This document shows positions 56,889-64,000 of a DNA stretch of 64,000 nt, one piece after another. A model generated the notes under the pieces. The model worked only from the letters and a program-made list of their open reading frames with translations, was not told the DNA's origin and searched no databases. The DNA is from Neocallimastix sp. 'constans'. Its lineage: Eukaryota. The position numbers were made by a program, and so were the translations under genes. Location of the stretch: NCBI GenBank assembly GCA_050613775.1, contig JBODTK010000100.1, positions 62,001-126,000 on the forward strand. Reading direction: 5' to 3'. Every line of letters begins with the position of its first letter. Positions within the stretch are counted from its first letter, which is position 1.

Positions 56889-57451
56889 GTTTAGAGTTAG
56901 TTGAGAAAAGAACTGACTTAATTTCTATTTAAAATGAATTGATTATAAGGATTGAATACCAAAGAATTATATATAAAATATTTAACATTTAAGTTTACTG
57001 AATATAAGAGTTAATAGTTTCACATGAATTGTATTTCCTAAGATATATTTAAAAAACAATGTTAGTGGAAAAATTATTTATTCAATAAAATAATGTAAAA
57101 TAGTAAATTTAATTTATTTTTTTTTTTTTTTTTTTTATATGTTAAAATATTGTAAAAGGATATGAAAATTAAAAAAACCTAAAGTAAAAAATTAATATAG
57201 AGATATAAAATAACATATATAACGATAAAAAAGTATATATATATATATAAAAAGTATAGAAAAAATATAGAAAAAATTTAAAAAATATAAGAAAAAAACA
57301 AAAACAATATTGTTAGTAGTATAGTGTAAAAAATTCTTTTGATTGAATAATTGATTTAAAAAGCTACAGTTATGTTTTATATAAAAAGATTGAAATTGCA
57401 TATAAGATTGAAAAATAATTAAGATTTTATTATTATACTAATTGCTGAATC

Positions 57452-57488
57452 CCCTCAGAAACCATACAGCTTAGGTTCCATCATTGGG
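57452..57488 (-). other. Box C/D-type kink-turn hairpin at the retroelement 5' terminus
   Basis: Minus strand reads CCC-AAUGAUG-GAACC-UAAGCUGUAU-GGUUU-CUGA-GGG. Confidence 0.55.
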
Positions 57489-57489
57489 T

Positions 57490-57594
57490 TTTTCTTAACC
57501 AAAGATATGCCTAACTCATAATGCTACTAAATACTTTAAATACTCAGAAAAAAAATTTATGTTCCTCCAATTAGAAAATATATATAGGTATTAA
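57490..57594 (+). repeat. Right copy of the 105-bp direct repeat (putative target-site duplication)
   Basis: Identical to 52423-52527 except C52518 versus T57585. Confidence 0.92.
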
Positions 57595-57627
57595 AATATA
57601 CTACAATGGAATAAAGAAAGAATGAAA

Positions 57628-57660
<33 letters not shown>

Positions 57661-57826
57661 AGAATAAAAATAAAAAATGGTTATACAAAAAAAAAAAAAA
57701 AAAATAAAGATATACAAATATAAATGATTTTATTAATAGATTTTATTTTATTTTTTATTTTTTCATTTTAGAATCTATATAAAATTTCATTAGATATTAA
57801 TTTATGGACTTAAGATATATAATAGA

Positions 57827-57871
<45 letters not shown>

Positions 57872-58430
57872 TAAAAAAAAAATATTAAAAATAATAATAA
57901 TGATAATATTAAAAAAATAAAAATAAAAAAAAAATAAAATAAAATGAAATAAAAAAAAAAAAAAAAGTATTCTTAATTTAATTTTAAAATTTGACTTTTA
58001 ACTTTATATTATTACATTTTCTATTCTTTATATATATATATATATATATATAAATTTTCATTTCATGTAAATAATATATTATAATATGTAAAATATATTA
58101 ATTTCATAGTTTTTTTTTTTTTTTTTTTTTTTCTATTTAGTATTAATAGTAAATTAGGAATAAAAATAAAAAAATTGTTTTTATAATTATTAATAAAAAC
58201 ATTTATAAATGCTTTTATGATAATATTTTTTTTTTTTTCATTTCATTATGTAAAAATAAAAAGAAATTATATATATATATATATATATAATTATCGATAT
58301 ATAATTGTTATTTTTTAATTATTGAGTCTTAATAATTGAGTCTTAATATTCTATATTATATTATCTCTTTTATACATATATGTATATTAAAAAAGGAAAA
58401 ATTAATTTTGAAAATTATTCAACGAACAAA

Positions 58431-60256
58431 TTACTTTTGAATACGTTCAATATAAACATCACCAACAGTATAATCCTTTGGAATTTCAAATAAATCATCT
58501 GGTAAATATTTTGTATCCTTGGATACATTTAAAAGGGTAGTTTCGAATGCAATCGATGGATAGAGTGGAATACCTTTAATATTAAATATATTAATATTTA
58601 AATAAAAATTAGATATATTATTAATATTTTATTATTTTTATTAAAAAAAAATTTTTTTTTTTTTTTTTTATATTTTTTAATAATTTAATATAGATATAGA
58701 TATAAATAATATATATATATTTTACAATATTTATTTTATTTATTTATATCTATAGATGAAAATTACATTTATATATATATAAAATTATAACTATATGCAT
58801 TATATATAAATATATATATTTACTTGTTTTAACTGGGAAAGAATGCTTCTTTTGAACGGATTGAATGACGGTCTGAGTAAGATAGGTATAGGCTTGCTTA
58901 TCCATCTCTGTGGAATATTTATTTGATTTAACTTGGTCGAGCAAAATCATCATAATAAATTTAAATAAGGGTTGAACATCATTAGATGAAATTGGGAAAT
59001 GACTACTTTCTTTTGCCATCCAAAATTTAATTTTATGTTTATAAGTTTTTTTCGATTCTGTTACATCCATAATTCGACCTAAATGAAGTTCACCCGTTGA
59101 GGCTGGATTGAAATATTCTTCTTCAGTGATCTTTTTAAGTTTAAGTTTTTCAATTTCCATATAATTTAAATGTTTAATCTTACTATTATCCTTATTTCCA
59201 CTAATAAAACTATATATAAAATCTGTATTTTGAGCATATTTTTCATGATAAGCTTGCTCCCAATCCAAAGTATCTTCCATTGAAGTTACTTTTTCAAATG
59301 TTTTGGTTTGACCATCTTGATCAATGGTATAGGTGACAGTAGTCTTTTTCTTATCTTGACCTTCTTTATTATTATTCTTCTTCTTTCCATATAAACCATC
59401 AAGAAATTCTGGTAAAGGCTTATCATCACTAATATCAGAATAAACTTTAGAGGTAGTTTCATCATCATCATCATCATCATCACTACTATCATCCATAGAA
59501 GAATCAGAATCCCCTTCTTCATCATCCGAATCATTTGAAATTTTAGATTTTGAAGAATTGAATCGACCAATATAGGAAGACCCTTTTTTCTTTAATTTTT
59601 TAGTAATAGAACTTTTTGATTTCAATTTTTCTTCCTTAATATCCTTTTTAATAATACTTTCACATTCACCTATAATGGCTTCATCATTTCTTTTTCTAAT
59701 TAAAATACCGGCCTTCTTACCTTTATAACGAACACATTTATATGAATTCTCATCTTCCATAGTAAACGTTTTAGTAGTTTTCTTTAAAACATTACCCTTG
59801 ACAGGCTTAACATCAAAGTTTGTTAAATCAAAGAAGAACTTATATATTGTATTTGCAGCTACCTTGGATTTTAATGAATTAATTAAATACCATTCTGGAA
59901 TATTTGGGTAAAATTCTTGATATAACTTTTTTTTATGATTTACTAAATAAATTTTATATGTACCTTTTATAAATGAAAGAAAATATAAGAAAATGTTAAA
60001 GATAAAATAATAATAATAATAATAATAAAAAGTTATTATATTAAAAGTTTAAATTATTATTTAATAAATGTTATATATATATATATAAATCATTAATTAT
60101 CATATCTATTTGATTATATAAAAAAAAAAAAAAAAAAAATTTTTTTTATTTTGATTTAATTAATTATTAAAATAAAAAATAAATATTCTATAATTTATAC
60201 ATTTTACATTTATATATGTATATGTATATAGACGATGTTTGTTTTTGTATTATTCT

Positions 60257-60291
<35 letters not shown>

Positions 60292-61388
60292 TCAAACCTA
60301 CCAGTATTTTCTTCATATCGAATTATAACAGATATATTTCCTTTAATAATTCTTGGAATACTACGTAAATCTATTCCTCCAAGAGTAGTATCTAATCTAA
60401 GATTTCTTCCCTTTTTATAAAACTTTTGAATGTCCTTAGCACCAAACTTTTGTAAAAGTGGAACTAATATTTCAAAAAAAAAAAAAAAAAAAAGAATACA
60501 ACCATATAAAATATATATATATAATTATATTAAATTATTAGTAAAAATTGGAAAGAAGAGGGAAAAAAAGAATATATTATAATTTTATAATATATGATTA
60601 AATAAAACTATTATTAACATACTAGTTGTTTTAAGCTTTAATTTGGCTTTTAGATATAAATTTGGCGTAGTAGAATTCCATTCATCCAATATACCATTTG
60701 GTTTTATAAATGTATTAATATATTCTTTCCATTTTATGTAGGACATTTTTTTAATAACATCATAATCACCAAGTCTATTTTAAAGAATAAAATAAAATAT
60801 ATATTTATATTATTAATATCAAGTAAATATAAATACTACTAATTAAAAAAAAATATTATAAATAAAAATACTATTAATTAAAATTCTACTAATAGAAATA
60901 TCACTAATAACAAATACTATTCGTAAAAAAACATTGATAATAAAAAATATTATTAATAAAAATACTACTATTAATAAAAAAAAAAATTAAAAAAATATAT
61001 TTATATATATATCCTTATGTGGATATAGTATTTAATAGTAATTACAAAAAAATAATAATAATAATATTTGTATTATTATATTATTAAAATAACTATTATA
61101 TATTATATTATATTATATTATATTATATTAAATATTATACATTGAAGCTTCGTCCAAAGGATTCCAACCGATGAAATTACGACTAAAAACATCACAATTA
61201 TTATCTAATAGAATGATAACACAATTATGACGACTTAACATAAGAGCTAAATGAAGAGGAGTATTTCCATGGTTATCATATTCATTGATACTTTCTCGCA
61301 TTTTAGAGTCAGCCAAAAGCTCAGAAAGAGCCTTTGGGTCATTTCTATAAATGCAACGATGAATTGGATAAGATTCAGTAATTGTCAT
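58431..61388 (-). CDS. ANKRD13-like protein (N-terminal ankyrin repeats plus GPCR-chaperone-type domain), 5 coding exons
   Basis: YPIHRCIY, GNTPLHLALML, GWNPLDEA; IPLLQKFGAKDIQKFYKKGRNLRLDTTLGGID; LHLGR; FPVK|IPLYPSI; DLFEIPKDY. Stop codon at 58431-58433. Confidence 0.85.
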
Positions 61389-62802
61389 TTGTAATTACTA
61401 TAATAAAATAAAATAAAATAAAAATAAAAATAAAAAAAAAAAAAATTAATTATATAAATATTTAAAATTTTATCAATATAATATCTATTATTATCATTAA
61501 TATTAATATATTATTAAATAAATAGATAATATATTTTATCTTAAATAAATTGATATGATATGATATGATATATAATGCTTACTTTTATGAAATAAAATAA
61601 AAATGAGAAAAAGAAAAAGAAATATTATATTAATATAATTACTTTAATAATATTTTAATTATTTTCTTTTATCTATTTTCTTATGTGAAATATAATAATA
61701 GTTAAAACTATTTAAATAAATAAACAAATTTGAAGAGAAATAGTAAAAAAAAAAATAGTAAAAAAAAAAAAAATAGAAAAGAAAAATTTTAATATTTTAT
61801 AGTGTAAATAAAGAAAGAAATTTGATAAAATTGATAAAATGTTTAAAAAAATAATAATAATTAAATGAGATATTTATTCCACTTTGATTTATTAAAAAAA
61901 AAAAAAAAATTAAAAATAATTAAAAATAAAAAGTGTATTTATTAATAAATAATTAAATAAATAAATAATTAAATAAATAAATAAATAAATAATTAAATAA
62001 TTAAATAATTAAATAATTAAATAAATAATAATAAATGATTAAATAAATAATAAATAAATAATAATATTTAAAATTTTTATTTTAATATATCTTTTTATAT
62101 TAATTAATTAAAATTTTATTTATTTTTTTTTTTTTTAAATTTTATTTTTTTTATCACATTTTTTTAAAAAATAATGAAAAGATTTCATCTATTGATATAT
62201 ATTAATATATATAATCAAATATATATTGATATGTATTCTTTGTACTTTCACATATATTAAATATATTCTTTTAATATATTTTAAATGTACTCTTTACTGA
62301 TCTTTATGTATATATTATTTATTTATTTATTATTTATTTATTATTTATTTATTTATTATTTATTATTTATTTATTCAATTATTCAATTATTTATTTATTT
62401 CTTTATTTTACATATTTACTTAATTGATTATATTGAATTTATATTGAATAGAGCATAGAATTAATGCTATTGCATTCACTCTTTTTTTTTTTTTTACTTA
62501 CCATATGATTAGTAGTTTAAGTTGTGATGAAAATAGCTGGCTGTCTATTGCAACAATCTGTTGTATATTTGCTTAAATTTGTGGTGATGATTAATGGAAA
62601 GCAAAAAAAAAAAAAAAAAAAAAAAAGTTGCCATATAGAGTCAACTTTTTTTTAAACTTTTTTATTTACTATTGAATAAAGATTATTTAATATATTATAT
62701 GATAAATATTATATAAATTATATATATTATATATATTATGCAATATATTCCATATATTCCATATTAAATTTTAATTAAATTTATTTTTTAAAATAAAAAA
62801 AT

Positions 62803-62861
<59 letters not shown>

Positions 62862-64000
62862 TTTTTTGATTATTTCCAAGTTTTCAATAGCAACTCTTTT
62901 ATGAACAGAGCTTATAAAAACAGAAAAGAGAAAAGAGAAATATGTTTTTTTTTTTTTTTTTTATCATTTATGAATTGTTGAATTAGTTTATTAAGCAAAA
63001 AAGATAAAAAAAAAAAAAAAAAAAAAGAAAAAAGAAAAAGATTTTTTATACGAATTGATTTAATTAATAGTAAATATAACTTTTTTTTTTTTTTATATTT
63101 CAATAATGGTGATCAATATTTCAACTAAATTTGAATTAGAAATATTTATTATATATGTTTTATTATTTAATAATAAAGCATATAATAATTATTATTTATT
63201 ATTTAATCCATTAATTAATAATTATAATAGATAATTGATATATAAATTTTATATGGATTTAAAAAAATATATATATTATGTAATATATTATATATATATT
63301 TATTTATATTTATTAATTCTTATGTTTGATTTTATATTTTTTTTTTTTTATTCTTTGCTATAGCGTTATGTATAGTATAAACTTGATTTATTAGTGTAAT
63401 ATTAGTTGGAAATATCATTTGACTCTATTATGGTAACTTTGGTACTAAACTTTAAAGATATGCAATGAAGTACTTAAATGAATATAAAATATGTTTGTTT
63501 TGGTTGTTTGTTTTTTAGTTGTGTTTGAAGGCAAATGTTGATGCTGATGCTGAGGTTGATGATAAATGTTGACTGTATAGAAAAGTCTTTTTATTTATTT
63601 TTTTTTTTTAAAAAAAATAATAATAATAATAATAAATAAATAATTAAATATATAAATAAAATAATAATAATAATAATAATAAATAAATAATTAAATATAT
63701 AAATAAAATAATAATAATAATAATAAATAAATTATTTTTAATATATAAAATAAATATTCTCTTTTGCAAATCATTAAATCTGTTCTATTTTAAAATTTCA
63801 AAACAAAAAAATTTTTTTTTCTTTTTTAATAATTTAAATAAAACATAATAAACTATAAAAGCAGATCAGAAAAAACAAAACAAAAAAAAAACAAAAAAAA
63901 AAACAAAAACAAAAAAAAAACAAAACAAAACAAAAAAAAAAATATATATATATATATATGTAAAAAATAAAATATAATAAAATAAAATAAAATAATAAAA

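Larger units (their letters stand above)
52528..57489 (-). mobile_element. Apparently full-length single-ORF non-LTR retrotransposon (APE-RT-CCHC; RTE/RTEX-like organisation, clade not established)
   Basis: Poly(A) tail (39 T at 52528-52566), ~160-nt 3' UTR, one 1387-aa ORF, ~600-nt 5' region, bounded by 105-bp direct repeats. Confidence 0.92.

Noticed and set aside
57452..57488. 5' hairpin as a SECIS element, or an HDV/hammerhead ribozyme
   Set aside because: The upper helix is too short for SECIS and the position is 5' of the ORF. I could not fit HDV nested pseudoknots or a CUGANGA/GAAA core.
52423..57594. The 105-bp direct repeats as LTRs
   Set aside because: No TG...CA ends, PBS, integrase or RNase H; the APE-RT ORF and poly(A) tail define a non-LTR element.
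62440..63580. Complex patches with a minus-strand GTAAGT donor (~62501) and a CAG acceptor (~63573)
   Set aside because: They could be UTR exons or the end of a gene outside the window; no consistent model could be built.

Overview
Extremely AT-rich, intron-rich eukaryotic DNA with long homopolymer and (ATT)n tracts. Composition and gene content suggest an anaerobic gut fungus (Neocallimastigomycota); this is an inference. Hand-spliced genes, in order: a small TM+SH3 protein; a DUF1746-like membrane protein with a long low-complexity tail; an 8-exon Ubc9-like E2 with Tyr in place of the catalytic Cys (missed by the ORF track); a membrane-anchored M1 aminopeptidase; TAF2 spliced to six bromodomains, apparently via a non-canonical AT-AC/AT-AG first intron; an intronless bacterial-type FrnE/DsbA oxidoreductase flanked by two decayed copies; MCM8; and an ANKRD13-like gene. 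An intact single-ORF APE-RT non-LTR retrotransposon lies between MCM8 and ANKRD13. It has a poly(A) tail, a 105-bp flanking direct repeat, and a box C/D kink-turn hairpin exactly at its 5' end. A ~300-bp GC-enriched, self-complementary island at 42945-43245 is an unidentified ncRNA candidate. Most short ORFs in the track are low-complexity artefacts. All calls are by eye; no searches were run.
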